Origin: Podarcis muralis
Lineage: Eukaryota
Assembly: GCF_964188315.1 (NCBI RefSeq)
Contig: NC_135662.1
Coordinates: forward strand, 7,688,001 to 7,752,000
DNA: 64,000 nt
Reading direction: 5' to 3'
Shown here: piece after piece, positions 49,271 through 62,649 of the stretch
Position numbering within the stretch: position 1 is the stretch's first letter
Layout: each line of letters starts with the position of its first letter
Position numbers and translations under genes: made by a program
Notes under the pieces: generated by a model
What the model was told of the DNA's origin: nothing
The model's database searches: none
What the model saw: the letters and a program-made list of their open reading frames with translations, nothing else

Positions 49271-50177
49271 ATTGGGTGATGTCAACAATGGCAGTGGGCA
49301 CCACCATGACATGCATAGGAGCATGTATGAGAAAAGGTGTCTGTTCTGCATTATGATTGTCCACTGTCAGAGGCGGTATGCCTTTGTATACTAGTTGATG
49401 GGAATTGCAAGAGGAAAGAGAACTGTGTTGCACTCGTTTCTGATTGCAGGATTCCCAAGGCATGTGGTTGGCCTCTGCAAGAACAGAGAACATGGGTCTT
49501 TAGCCTTTTCCCAAAGAGCATCTCTGTATGCTCTGAACTGGTAATTTTTGAACTATGTATGTGTATTTTTGTGTATGTGTGGGTTAATAATACTTTATAA
49601 GCAAATTCCTTTGTGACTCCTGTTGCTAGTACTGATAGTTTCAGGGCAAACATTTCTGTGCTGCATGTCAGAGCAACATTTGATGTGTGAAAGATGTAGA
49701 TATTTTGAAGATAACTTGTGGCTTTATGCTGGGAACTCCTCCATAGCTATTTATTGTGGAAAGTTTTGTAGGCAAGTCCCCCTGGAACTTGTTTTTTTTT
49801 AAGTCTCATAGTCATATTTTGCCTTGAGCCATATGTTTTAATCACATTTTAAATCACTCTCAGATCTTCCCTCACATGCTTCCCTGCTAAGGAAAACATG
49901 TCTGACAGTACCTTTTTTTCAGGATGGGAAAACCCCTTCTTCCATCTCAGAGCTGACAGGGTAAATCAACGTTGTAATTTCCTGCCTCTCTTGTTATCTG
50001 CAATATCTCCTCTATCACTCTTTTTAAGCCTCCAAACACAGTGCCCAGAAGGGTCTGTCAAAAGGTTCTGCTCAACATATCAGCCAAATTAGGTATTTGC
50101 CTTCGATCCTGACTCTGACTTTACAACCTACGATTGCCTTTTGTCTGTCTATTAAGATTTTATCCTACCTTTCCTTC

Positions 50178-50622
50178 AATAACAACAACAACAACAATAA
50201 TAATAATTTATTATTTGTACCCCGCCCATCTGGCTGGGTTTCCCCAGCCACTCTGGGCGGCTTCCAACAAAGATGAAAGATACACTAAAATGTCACATAT
50301 TAAAAACTTCCCTGAACAGGGCTGCCTTCAGATGTCTTCTGAATGTCAGGTAGATGTTTATCGCTTTGACATCTGATGGGAGGGCGTTCCACAGGGCGGG
50401 CGCCACTACCGAGAAGGCCCTCTGCCTGGTTCCCTGTAACTTGGCCTCTCGCAGTGAGGGAACCGCCAGAAGGCCCTCGGAGCTGGACCTCAGTGTCCGG
50501 GCAGAACGATGGGGGAGGAGACGCTCCTTCAGATATACTGGACCAAGGCCGTTTAGGGCTTTAAAGGTCAGCACCAACACTTTGAATTGTGCTCGGAAAC
50601 GTACTGGGAGCCAATGTAGGTC
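50178..50622 (-). mobile_element. L2-clade LINE 3' fragment
   Basis: DLHWLPVRFRAQFKVLVLTFKALNGLGPVYLKERL...LKAALFREVFN, with a (TAA)/(CAA) tail. Confidence 0.92.
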
Positions 50623-51250
50623 AAAAAAACTGAGGGCAATATACACAGGGACTATTCCATTTTTTAAAAAAATGACAACAGCCCTGTGGAGTAGGCTGAT
50701 AGGAGTCTAGGGTAACTCGGTGATCATTGTGGCTAGACAGACTCAGGTTTCTGAATCATAATCTCCCTGTTTCAAGGTGGATAATCTTACCAAACCATCT
50801 CTCCCCGCGTTGCCCACCAGATGCTAGCCCACCATAATGAGATTTATAGTTCAAAACTTCTGCAAAGCACCAGGGTGGTTAAGGCTGTTCTGACCACTAG
50901 ACTGGATTGAGTATCACTTTGGGTATGCTCAGGCATCTGAGAGGCAACTCTAAAAAGGCCTGTTCTTGTGATGCTACCCTCTGCACCTCCCTCAGTGAGA
51001 GCGTAAGGAGAAGGACCTCAGAAAAGGCCATCTTGTCTATGAGGTGGACTGAGGCATGTGGGAATGTTCAGGGTGGCAGGAGAGGATATATTGTTTATTA
51101 ATATCCTTCCTAACTTGCACTAGCAAGTTCCTTTACTTAGCAGAGTTTACATTCCCCTTTTTACATGCATAACAGATAGCTGGTTGCAGGCTAGTGTAAG
51201 CCTCTCACTATTATACAATTCAGTTTGTTTCAGACTGAATTGTACATTCA

Positions 51251-51678
51251 TGGTAAGTTCCCTTGGATCCCTCTTAAAAGAATAAAGACGCCACAATCTT
51301 ATTCAAAGTCAATAAAATAAGTTTACTTACATCAGGCAGAACACAGTGTGATCCCTGAAGGCAGACTTAGTTACAAATATGTACATGTGGATCTACACCA
51401 TATGGAGGAATGATCCTAGCTTCTGCTAGCAGTCCTAGCTAGAAGCTGATCAAATGTAAAATAATGTGAAAAAGAGAGAGGTGTGCTGTGTGACTCATCC
51501 TTTTGTTACCTGGACAAGTTAGGTCACACCCACCTTCTATCACCTGCAAAAGGAAGGATGCTCCAGCCAGGAGGAACAAGGAAGTTTCGACTGGCTGGAC
51601 CAAACATCTCCTTGCATGTCTACTCTAGGAAAACAAAGAATGTTATATTTGACTGCCCCCAGTGGATTACATCCCACA
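51251..51678 (-). mobile_element. Possible solo LTR
   Basis: Reverse strand begins TGtgggatg and ends aacttacCA, with a gtaagtaaacttatt stretch near the end. No TSD found. Confidence 0.35.
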
Positions 51679-53087
51679 AGGCTGTCACCTTGGGCAGTGG
51701 AATCCCAGGGACAGTGCCCTGCCTGGCCCACCCCTGCTGCCCAAGAAAGGAGAAGAAGCAGTTGCAGCTTTCAAGGATATCTCAGCGGCCTCACATGAGA
51801 CATCACTGGAACCCAGAAGACACCCCGTTAATTAATTCTCAAGGACAGCTGCTCTCTCTCCCTCTCTTTCTCTCTCTGAGAACTTCAGATACAGCTCATT
51901 CCACTCTAGCTCAAAGTGTAGGATGCTCCCAGGAGTGTATCAGAGGAAAGCTGATGCAGAAGAACTTGGATAATTTTCCGTATAACTAAACAGACATGCA
52001 AAAAGTGACATTCTTGGCTTCGTCTTCTTTGAGGTGAATAATAATTAATTGTCACAGTAAACCGGGCTAATGGCAAAATTCTAGGATGTGTATCTCCATC
52101 TGGACAGCCCTTCATTCAGATGGAATGGATTGAAGTCAATGGGGCTTGTTGCATATCAAGACCCCATGACCACCCTGTTCCCTGAGGTGCAAATAACTAG
52201 ATAATGCACAGCATATTGGTTTGGGGGATCAAATAAGGCCACAACTTTATTGCTTACAGATGTGAGGTTTGGCCATAGGCATTGTGGTAAGCAATGGCAC
52301 ATGTCACTCCCACTTGTGTGCTGGGGGTGATTCTGAGGGTTAGGCTGGCAAAGGGGTGTGTGTGCCTATGTCCTATGTCAAATTGGGGAGTGCCCCAAGA
52401 GGTCCCCGTTGGAGGAGTGGCTTGGCCCTAGCCCCATCTGGGCATCGGACAGGAGCCACTCCTTCTGGATGCTTTTAACAGAATACCCTAACCCATGGAG
52501 GGGCAGGCAGAGGCTACAACCTTCCCTCCAACCCAGGCTAGGCTTACCTAATGCCTACCCGCCTTACAAAGTTGTGACGATTGCTATGAGATAGGTGGAA
52601 ACCCAAATGGTGGTGCCAATTAACCAAGTGGGGAAAAATCCTGCCCTGCTCCTGAAAAGTAGGCAACTGACATTGTCCATAACAAGGTCGTACCATCCAG
52701 GAAGAAACCCTAATTTGAGGGACTGTGGGTGGGAGAACAGGTGCGGCAAGAGAGTGACCAAAAGGCCCCACAGGCCAGGCATTTAAACTTCCCCTGGGCA
52801 TGGTGCCAAGGACCTCAATTGGTCATTTGGTCCCGCACTCAGGAGAATGCCCCCTAACTCCTGCCGCTATTGGTCCATTTGACGGCAGGAAGACAATCTG
52901 GCCTGTGATAGGCTGATTTACTAGGGAGGCCTGGGGTCTGCCTGCAAAGCAGCTCGCCCAATAAGAGGGCGAACAGTCTTCCCAGAGCAGGGTTGGCCTG
53001 TAAGCTTGTACACAGTTATAAGGAAGGCCCATTTTTAATCACTCTTGTTATTGTGTGTGATTTCTCTCCAGCCCACTTTCTGTTCTA

Positions 53088-53329
53088 CAGTGGTACCTCG
53101 GGTTACATACGCTTCAGGTTACATACGCTTCAGGTTACAGACTCCGCTAACCCAGAAACAGTGCTTCAGGTTAAGAACTTTGCTTCAGGATGAGAACAGA
53201 AATTGTGCTCCGGCGGCGTGGCGGCAGCAGGAGGCCCCATTAGCTAAAGTGGTGCTTCAGGTTAAGAACAGTTTCAGGTTAAGTACAGACCTCCGGAACG
53301 AATTAAGTACTTAACCCGAGGTACCACTG
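53088..53329. mobile_element. Tigger-like MITE, young copy
   Basis: Perfect 18-bp TIR cagtggtacctcgggtta / taacccgaggtaccactg, TA TSD. Confidence 0.92.
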
Positions 53330-54410
53330 TATTTTCGTTTTTATTCACCTTGATGCCCCTTGGTTTTCTATTACCTTATTTTTCATTAGCAAGATTTTCA
53401 TGTTATTTCCAAATGACTGTCTACAGAAGACTTCCAGGCTTCCTTATTTTAAGATGAAATCATAGCCCATGTCCTATGAGCTGCCGAAGGGAGGAGGCTG
53501 GCAGTGGTGGCCACAGAGAGGCCATGGAGAAACAACAGGATTCTCCATCGCAGCCACAGCTGCCGCTCAGGTCAAGCGCCAACTCATCCTCTTCCATGAA
53601 CGCGGTGGCAGCAGCACAGGTAGAGGAAATAGGGACATTCCAGAATCAAATTGGTAGCCGAGATGGCTTTCATAATTCCAGGACTGTCCCCGGAAAACTG
53701 GGACACTTGAAGGGTATGGCCTTCCCCTCACCACTATTTTGCAAGGTTAAACTTGGATAGAGGGGATTCTGGGTAAAATCACTATTTCCCCTTGGTTTTC
53801 TGAGAACCTTCTTGCAAAAGGCTCTGAAAGGCTTCTCTGCATTCCAAAGAAGTCAAGAAGAACTCAACCACAACCAAGAAAGAGCCAGCCTGACTGCTAT
53901 GTAATTCCAAGATCTCTTGTGCTCCCTCAGTTTGCACTATGTTTTTGCTCTGCCTGCTGGTCATCCCCTCTTCTTCCAGTATTACATCTTGGGGGGACTG
54001 AATTTTGTCAGTATTCAGCCTGGTGGTAGCAATAGCAATAGCAGTGTACGTGATTCTTCCTTATGGATCATTTTCATGGCTTTGCAAAGATGACGGTTGA
54101 TTGTCGTTTTGGCCCAGAATTCTATTTCTGAAAGTGGGCAGCACCTGAAGCTCTTAAGCAAGTGTACATCCAGCACAACATAATGACAGAGTTTTGAACT
54201 TCCTGCTTTCCCCTCCCAGCTTTGGGCAAACTTAGCAACTGCATTGCAGACCACATAATCACAGAGACCAGACCGCTTAATGGCAGATGTTAGAGAAAAG
54301 AACACCATACCAAAATAGACTTATGTGAATTGAATTATTTCTAGGTGAAATGAAATATCTGGGGGTAGCCTCCAAGCTCTGGAGAAAACTCTTCATAGCG
54401 TGAGCTATTA

Positions 54411-54600
54411 CAGTCGTACCACTACTTATGTATCCCTCCTGATACATAAACTTCAGGTTGTGAACGCGGCAAACCCAGAAGTGTATACTTCCGGGTTTCA
54501 CTGCGCATGCATGTGTAGAAGCGGATCCCCTGGATTTGGACTTTTCAGGTTGTGGATGGACACCCTGAACAAATTAAGTTCGTATCAGGAGGGTCCACTG
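54411..54600. mobile_element. Tigger-like MITE (second subfamily, degraded)
   Basis: TA-cagtcgtacc ... gggtccactg-TA, internal caggttgtgaacg and acttccggg. Confidence 0.6.
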
Positions 54601-57043
54601 TATTGACCAAATGGCCAGCAGATGTCATGTGTCCCATGAATGCCCTGTTTAAATCTTTTGTCACCCAGGATGGGCAAATCCATTGATGCTAATTGATGTG
54701 TTTCTCATTTTCCCATTCTTTGTTTATCCAACCGTAAGTTTAGTCCTCCACATTCTGTGACAGTTCATGAAGTGTGTGGGTTTTTTTTTTTTTAAGTCCT
54801 CATGAAAATCCATCAGAATTGTTTTGCAGATTACACAGATTTGTGCAAGCACTTTCCCCAAATATAATCATAGAATTGTAGAGTTGGAAGGGACCCTAAG
54901 GATCATCTAGTCCAACCCTCTGCAATGCAGGAATATGTAGCTGTCCCATATGGGGATCAAACCTGCAACCTCATTGTTATTAGCACCACACTCTAACTAA
55001 CTGAGCCATCCTGCACTGTGCATGTTATTGTCTCTAGTTTGTGATTACTTTTGCACACTTCCCATTAATATGCACATTTAATTTGCAAATATTATGGCTA
55101 AGGAACTGCATTGCAAAGTTCAGAGAATTGCAAATTTCAAAGGAAAAATTGTCTTTCAGTTCAAATATTGCTTTGAGATGTGTAAATTAGGGAGGTCTGC
55201 ATTAAACTGCAAGTCAATCTGAATGTTTCCCCCTGTGTCCCTCACCCTCATTTCTCACCCCTCCTATTCTCTTGCAGTGCAAGAGCTAAACTTGGGACAG
55301 TTCCAATGTAAGTTTGAATTGACACCTCTACACAGTTTTGGGGAAACCACATGCAGGTGTGAGGCAGGCTTGCGTAGGATGAAAACTGAGGACTGGTGGT
55401 TTGGGGCATGTGGTGGAAATGGCACAACATGTGTTTGAGGGGAAATGCATGGGTGTATACAAGATATATTTAAAACCCTGTTTTAAACAGGGTGTGGTTT
55501 ACATTTTAATTACACACGGCCACACCACTGTTACTGAACATTTCCTGCAGCCAAATTGGCCCTTCTGCAATTTCATACTGGATTGCACTGTGCTGAGCAA
55601 CGTGGCTAAAACTGGCAGGATTGCGTCTTTCCCTATTAGAAGAAATCCTTACTGTACAGAGAGCAACCGTGAGGCAAATATAACAAAGAGTCTCTGAAAA
55701 CCAACAAATTTATCTTGCTGTTTACGGTATTACTGTCTTCAGCCTTCTGTCTGAACTCAGTGTGAGAAGGGAGGTCTAAATATTCTGGGAAAAGATCTCT
55801 CAAAGCACCTATTGTAGAAGTTTGAGAACTGATTGAGAGTTTTGGTTTCAAATCTGGTGCCTTTCCCCCCCCCCCAGGGTGGGTGGGGGGAAAGGAGGCA
55901 AGATTCCAGGCAGGAATTTTGGGCGTTGCCCCAGTAACCCGACTGCAGCACACGCCAGGAAGAAATGTGTCACCATCAGTTGAATGGGGACGTCAAGCGT
56001 ATCCCCAGAAGGGGGGATAAATGCCTTTACAAAGATTGTTTGTAGAGATCCTTAAACAAAGCAGGCAGGGTTAAGTTGCTGTGGTGATCAGTGGAGTGTG
56101 GTGAGAGATCATTTGCTTACTTCAAAGAAGCACACTTTGCATTAGTTAATAAGTTAGCAGCTTTTCTCAACTGCAGAGCCCTCATTACTTTGTAACTGGA
56201 GGCTGGTGAGACAGTATGAGCAAAATGGTAGCAGTGTTCAAAGTCTCCTGGTGGGTGGGATGGCATGAGAGGATACACAACTCCCCCCCCCCCCCATTTT
56301 CTCTGATATCTCTGTTTTGCTTAAAAACCGACTTTGGTTGTTTTGGATCATTTACTTACATAGGAGAACAAGTCAGGTTTGCAAGGACAATGTTTTCAGT
56401 TATAGATGCAGTTCTATTGGAGTTGAGTAAGTTTTGCTAACCTTCCAGGTTTGGCCTTGACAGCAGCTGTGTTAGGAGGAAACTGCCCTACTCCTGCCCT
56501 TTCTCACACATGATACTGTCACGAGATTAAGAAAACAAACCATAAGACTCCATTTACACAGTGGACTGAGATACTTGACAATGATAAAATAATAACTGGT
56601 GCTCAGCTGAAAATCTTGTTGGTGGCAAGGAAAGTATAAAATAGAGAAAGGCGAATTCCTGGATGCCAAGTATTCTTGGGAAAAGTTTGGGGTTTGGGGC
56701 AAGGACTCTTTGGTGAAAGAACACCATCGGAGATTTAAAGTCATGAAATACACAGCAGAGTAAAACCTGCTCCCTAATCCATGGGTGCAGAGTTCACATG
56801 CTCAGAGATGTACATGAAGACAACTTCTATCCCCAAAATTTGTTTTTGCTGCATAATGGCAAATCGGGAGAAGCCGTGGGCTTGCTGTGAAGCTGTCAGA
56901 GTTATGAATGGTAAAGCTCAGTCATTATATAAAAATTATCTCTGTTAATCTGTGAAGCTGCAGTAGCAAATTCTGCAGTAAACTCTGAACGTGGGGTGGT
57001 TTTGGTGCTCGGAAACTGGTGCTGTTCATCTTCAGTCTTCAGG

Positions 57044-57351
57044 CATGGGTAGGCAAACTAAAGCCTGGGGTCCTGATCCAGCCCAATCGCCTTCTAAATC
57101 TGGCCCGCGGACAGTCCGGGAATCAGTGTTTTTACATGAGTAGAATGTGTCCTTTTATTTGAAATGTATGTCTGAGTTATTTGTGGGGCCTGCCTGGTGT
57201 TTTCACATGAGTAGAATGTGTGTTTTTATTTAAAATGCACCTCTGGGTTATTTGGGGGGCATAGGAATCCCCTTCAAAATGTAGTCCAGCCCCCCACAAA
57301 GTCTGAGGGACAGTGGATCAGCCCCCTGCTGAAAAACTTTGCTGACCCCTG
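57044..57351. mobile_element. hAT-like MITE
   Basis: Ends catgggtaggcaaac / tttgctgacccctg; internal direct repeat tttacatgagtagaatgtgt twice. Confidence 0.65.
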
Positions 57352-57559
57352 CTCTAAGGTGAGACAGACTCCAGAATTTCCTGGCTGGTGACAATGCCTT
57401 GTAATTTTCCTGCAAGGGAAGTATATCCTAAAAATCCACATTAAGCTTCTCCTCCTCCTCCCGTTGTTTTAATTGACCCTTCTGTTCATCACAAACAGGA
57501 ACTGTTTAACCATGCCCTGTGTTGCTGAGATGTTTAAAGCCTATTAAAGTGATGCTGTT

Positions 57560-57881
57560 TCTTCCAAGCTTCGCTTTAAAAACCCTGAAAGCCCATTTCA
57601 GATTGCTTAGTTGTTTTAATGTGCCGCCTTCTGCATTGACAAATCAGCAATTCAACATGATCCCAGTTAATGATGATATGTATGTGTTTGTGTGGAGCCA
57701 GAGCAACAGAGGCTGTTGATCACATTCTATGGAATTGTAACTTATATTCTAAGAATTCTCCCAGGAAAAACTCTTCTGTAGATTTGGAATTGTTTTACTC
57801 AAGGGATGTCTATTCCCATATCACTGAGACAACTGAAAAAAGCAAAAGAAAACTGACTTCAAGGAAGATTAGGAGGAATGT

Positions 57882-57928
<47 letters not shown>
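57560..57928 (+). mobile_element. Degraded non-LTR retrotransposon 3' fragment with CCHC knuckle and (TAA)n tail
   Basis: CLCGARATEAVDHILWNCNLY preceded by FRLLSCFNVPPSAL; (TAA)n at 57883-57928. Clade uncertain. Confidence 0.55.
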
Positions 57929-57929
<1 letters not shown>

Positions 57930-58854
57930 TGTTTATTTGTTTTTAAGTGTTTTAACTAGTTGTACAATTTTAATTGTGTGTTTCATTGTATTGGCCTGTG
58001 ACTGTAATAAATCATTCAATCAGAAGTAAAAGAATGGACAAGAGGAGAGAAGGAGGGAAATAGAAAATGGAACCATATAGCAAGATGGTTAGAATTCCTT
58101 CCAGCAAATGTCAGGACTATTGACCGGTCTTTGCGTCAACACCTGCCAGAGACAGGGGGTGGGGGCAAGACGTGGCCAAGAGCCTGTTCAGAGAATGAGT
58201 TGTGGTGACCCTCCTTTTGGCTCCTGTGCCAGAGGGGTCAGGCCTCTGCAAAGCTACCAGCATGACAGACTCTTCCATGAATGCTGTTTGTGTAGCAACA
58301 AGGGCCTTGAAATCTCAGTGTGGGCTCTTAGAAGAACTTTGTTTTCAGGGAGTCCTTTCCCTGTCTGTAACATGCTTTGCCATAGAAGCTTTCCTTCCTG
58401 CTTCCTTCATCTCGTTCTCTCCTCTATCTCCTCTCTAAATTCCAGACTATGAGAGAAACCCACCCATCTCCTGTTTAATCAAGTGAGGTAACCAGAGGAA
58501 TTCATGGAGATAAACATGGAAGGTTTTTTCTTCTTCTTCCCCAGATTGGTGCCCCATTCTAAAGTATTGTTTCCCCTCTCTTTCTCTTTGCTGCCTGTTA
58601 CCAGACTTTTTAAAAGACTCTTTTGTCTAACTATTACCCTTTAGAGCTTCTGAGAGCCACGGCACAAGAAACAGTCCGACATATTTGCAATGTACAGAAT
58701 TATAGAACTCTGTAATTCCACAAAGCTATGAGTTGCCATTGTTATGAGGTATACGTTAATTTAACTGGAAACTTTTTTTGGGGTGGGGTGGGAGTTCTCT
58801 TCTTTTGCTTTTGGAGATGTTTTCTCTGATCAAGACCTTCAAAATAGCTTCAGT

Positions 58855-59105
58855 TTTTGCCAGTGTGGTGTAGTGGTTAAGAGCGATAGACTCGTAATCT
58901 GGTGAACCGGGTTCGCTTCCCCGCTCCTCCACATGCAGCTGCTGGGTGACCTTGGGTTTAGTCACACTTCTTTGAAGTCTCTCAGCCCCACTCACCTCAC
59001 AGAGTGTTTGTTGTGGGGGAGGAAGGGAAAGGAGAATGTTAGCCGCTTTGATACTCCTTCAGGTAGTGATAAAGCGGGATATCAAATCCAAACTACTACT
59101 ACTAC
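58855..59105 (+). mobile_element. tRNA-derived squamate SINE
   Basis: gccagtgtggtgtagtggttaagagc...ccgggttcg, with a (CTA)n tail. Confidence 0.85.
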
Positions 59106-59239
59106 TACTCTTCTTCTTCTTTGCTTTAGGTGAGATTTGGCAGCAATGCTACCTCTCTCCCTGTTTCCATGATATTTATAGTTGCCAGGCCAGTGACATT
59201 TTTTTTTGGGGGGGGGGCCTGGAAGCTTGAACAGTTATG

Positions 59240-59880
59240 GGAGCTCCTTTGGTGCTGACCTTTAAAGCCCTAAATGGCCTCGGCCCACTATACGTGAAGG
59301 AGCACCCCTATCGTTCTGCCCGGACACTGAGGTCCAGCTCTGAGGGCCTTCTGGTAGTTCCCTTACTGCAAGAAGTGAGGTTACAGGGAACCATGGAAAG
59401 AGGGCCTTCTCGGTAGTGGTGCCTGCCCTGTGGAACGCCCTCCCATCAGATGTCAAAGAAATAAACAACTATCCAACTTTTAGAAAACATCTGAAGGCAG
59501 CCCTGTTTAAGTGAAGTTTTTAATGTCTAATGTCCTTCATGATTGTGTTGCATTTTTTTCTATGACATTACTTTTTGTACTTAATTGACACCTTCTACAC
59601 GATTTAAGATGTGATCCATTACCCATTTAGGTTGGAGTAAGCCCCATTGAACTTAGTGAGACTATCTGACTTTCCATCTGACTATCTGACAACTATCTGA
59701 CTTTTAGAAGACATCTGAAGGCAGCCCTGCTTAGAGAAGTTTTTAATGTTTGATATTTTATCGTGTTTTTAATATTCTGTTGAGAGCTGCCCAGAGTGGC
59801 TGGGAAAACCCAGCCAGATGGGTGGGGTATAAATAATAAATTGTTATTGTTGTTGTTGTCACTATTATTTTATTATTATT
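59240..59880 (+). mobile_element. L2-clade LINE 3' fragment interrupted by a ~130-bp insert and a duplicated segment
   Basis: L2 end (ctgaaggcagccctg...tttttaatg) appears at 59490-59525 and again at 59713-59748. Confidence 0.85.
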
Positions 59881-61109
59881 ATAGAATCCAGGACTGGGTA
59901 ACGATTGTTATCTTCCTCAGTGGGCTTGGTTACAAAACCTTTACAACACCTATGCTACTAACTCTCAAACTTTGAAATATAGACAACAACAAAAAAGAAT
60001 CAATTTGAATTGTGTGACACAAATCGGGTATGCTAGACTCTTTAAAAAAAAAAAAAAGGGATGTGGATCAAAGTTGCTTCTGGGACCACTCCAGGGTTAG
60101 GGCCCCTGAAGCTTAAGCTTCTTTAGTTTTATAATAGGTTTGTCCCTGACAGTGCAGGGATAATTATCACCACTACTAAGGGCTGCTGCAGCTGTATTAT
60201 CCAAAGAGCTTGCTGAGCAGAGAAGCAGGTCACATACGATAGAGTCAGATTAGTATATATCTGGTCTGTGTCAATCTCACACATGTTCATTCATAAATCC
60301 ATTCTGTCCTGATTCCATATTAATCTGCATTTAGAAACAAAGCAAACACTCACACAACTGCATGTAGCACACAATTCAAGAGTTGTGACCCAATTTCATC
60401 AGGGTGTAACGCTCAACTTGTGTGACTCTCAGAGGCATTTGCTGGGCACTAGGTGAAGGGTGCTCATCCAGAATTTGCTGTCGTGGTATAGTGTGCGACT
60501 ACAGTTGATGGAGACACAATTGTTCTTGTTGCTGTTTGCAGTCTGACAGCCACTGAGCCACAAATGTAGCACCTAGGTCAGCGGCCAAGAAGCCAGTGTT
60601 GCATCAAGTGATGATTTGAATGAAATATTTTTTATTTATTTTTAAATCTCCATGTCAGGCTTATTTTCACATTCCCATCTTGCTTCTTGATCTTGACAAA
60701 AAGCAAGTATCCCCCCCCCCCCATTTCTGCTAAAAATACAAACAGTTGTTGTATATCATATTAGTAGTAGTAGTATACACTCCAGGTTTCCTAAAGCAAC
60801 CAGCACATAAGCACATAAATATGGCAATATGCTTAACTGTATAAATGTGCTTCATATTTATAAAATTATATGGTAGAAATATAGTATAGCACAAAGCTTG
60901 TGCATTTTTATGCATTACACATGTAATACGTGCATTGTATGTATTATATTTGCACATATCACATGTAACTTTAATTAGTTTAAGACCATTTTTAATATGG
61001 AATTTTAAATTGTTGCAACATTCCCTGGGGCCTAATGATGAAGGGCGTCTGATAGCTTGAAATAATAATGCTAATGATAATTTTGTCTATAATTTTCGAG
61101 CACACTTTA

Positions 61110-61331
61110 TTTATTTAACACATGCATATCACACCTTTTTCCTCCAAAGAGCTCCGGGGGTATACATGGTTCTCTCTCATCCTCATTTAATCCCCACAGC
61201 AGCCTTGTGAGGTAGCTTAGGCTGAGAGACGGTGACTGGCCCAAGGTCAAAATCTTCATGGCTGAGTGGGGAATTTGAACCCTGTTGTCCCAGGTCCCAG
61301 TGGGGCACTCTATCCACAACACTACACTGGC
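61110..61331 (-). mobile_element. Older tRNA-derived SINE
   Basis: tgactggcccaaggtca...cactacactggc, diverged from the above family. Confidence 0.65.
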
Positions 61332-61431
61332 TTTTATACGAACCAAACCAAAAACCTTTGGTGATGCATAGGTAGCTCTGACCAGGGCCAGCTCAAGACA
61401 TTTTGCTGCCTGAGGCAAAGGACAAGATGGC

Positions 61432-61878
61432 CAGATTTAGGTCTGATAAGGCCCTAAACTACTGAAGGTAGAGGGCCCTTCGTATGTCCAGCTGTCCTTT
61501 GTCAACAACAAATTGTCGCTGCTTTTTGTGTTGAATATATGTTATGTGGTAATTTATGGACCTAATAGGTATCTAAAGCCATTTGCACATATTGCATGTA
61601 ACCAGCCCCTGCAGAATGCAGGCACCCTATATATAGAAATGAGCAAAACAGTGATATTTTAGGGAGCAGGTTAGCAGGCGGGGCCCATTACTTACACCAT
61701 AGCAGCTTACACAACACAAAACACTGTTGCTGTATGTAGGTTTTATTTTATTTGTTTTTTATCTTATATTTTGGAAATGTACATCCAGGTTTTTTCCCCC
61801 TTTTAATGTTTTGGGGGCCCCCAAGAGAGTGGGGCCCTAAGCTATAGCTTGTTTAGCTTATACGTAAATCTGGCACTG
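61432..61878. mobile_element. Non-autonomous DNA transposon nested in a shorter cagggcc/gccgcctgaggc-type element
   Basis: Ends gccagatttag / taaatctggcactg are inverted; flanked by a 26-bp direct repeat. Confidence 0.55.
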
Positions 61879-62600
61879 CCTGAGGCAAAGGACAAGATGG
61901 CACCCTTCCCTAAAGCATATGCAGAGAGTCCACTTGTCCCTACAGTATCTGCCGCCTGAGGCAACTGGATAGGGCTGTCACTGGTTGTGACATGAGGGAG
62001 CAGCAGTCCACTGTTGGAAAGTTTGTTCAGATCAGAACCACCAAATTCCCTGTAGACAGATTAGATAGATAGATAGATGATATAGATATTAGTCTATTGC
62101 CCATAGGTGAGGTGCCCTCAAGCATCTCCTCATATTTTGCCCTTTATAGGGGAAACAGGCAAGTATTTCCACCCCCAAACCAGATTTAGGACTGTTGCTC
62201 CATCACTCTTCTTCAATTCCTATAAAAAGGCATGACACACTGGCTCTTTCATTAACACAATCCTGTACTGCGCTAAAAAAGAAAAGGTTAGATTTCATCC
62301 ATGGAGCCAGAATAACTTCCTTGCCGATATAAAAAGCATGAAGCGATTGGCGTGTGTGAAATCTGTTTCTTTTTAAAAGCCCCTCGCTTAGGAGTTTCAG
62401 GATCTACTGAGAGACGGGAACAAAGGCTGGGGAAGCCCCCTCCCCCCGAAGAATTTAGCTTGTTCTTTTGGAAGGGTTTTTTGTTTTTGTTTTTTTGCAT
62501 CCCTTAACATTCCTGAGATATGTTGCCCAAACTGGACAATATAAAGAAATCAGCTCAAAATTGCCTCTGAATTTCACCTAAAGAAGAACTATGAGGTTGC

Positions 62601-62603
<3 letters not shown>

Positions 62604-62649
<46 letters not shown>

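Noticed and set aside
53940-54110. Hydrophobic stretch (ILSVFSLVVAIAIAVYVILP) as a receptor remnant downstream of the orphan exon
   Set aside because: Flanked by stops, with no MRGPR motif (GN, LAVAD, DRC, NS..NP) in any frame.
58855-58930. tRNA genes at gccagtgtggtgtagtggttaagagc heads and at 36335
   Set aside because: These are SINE heads followed by SINE bodies. Acceptor and anticodon stems are not intact.
44233-62335. TATAAAAAG boxes at ~44236, ~62220 and ~62327 as promoters
   Set aside because: No downstream exon or ORF could be tied to them, and such motifs are expected by chance in AT-rich DNA.
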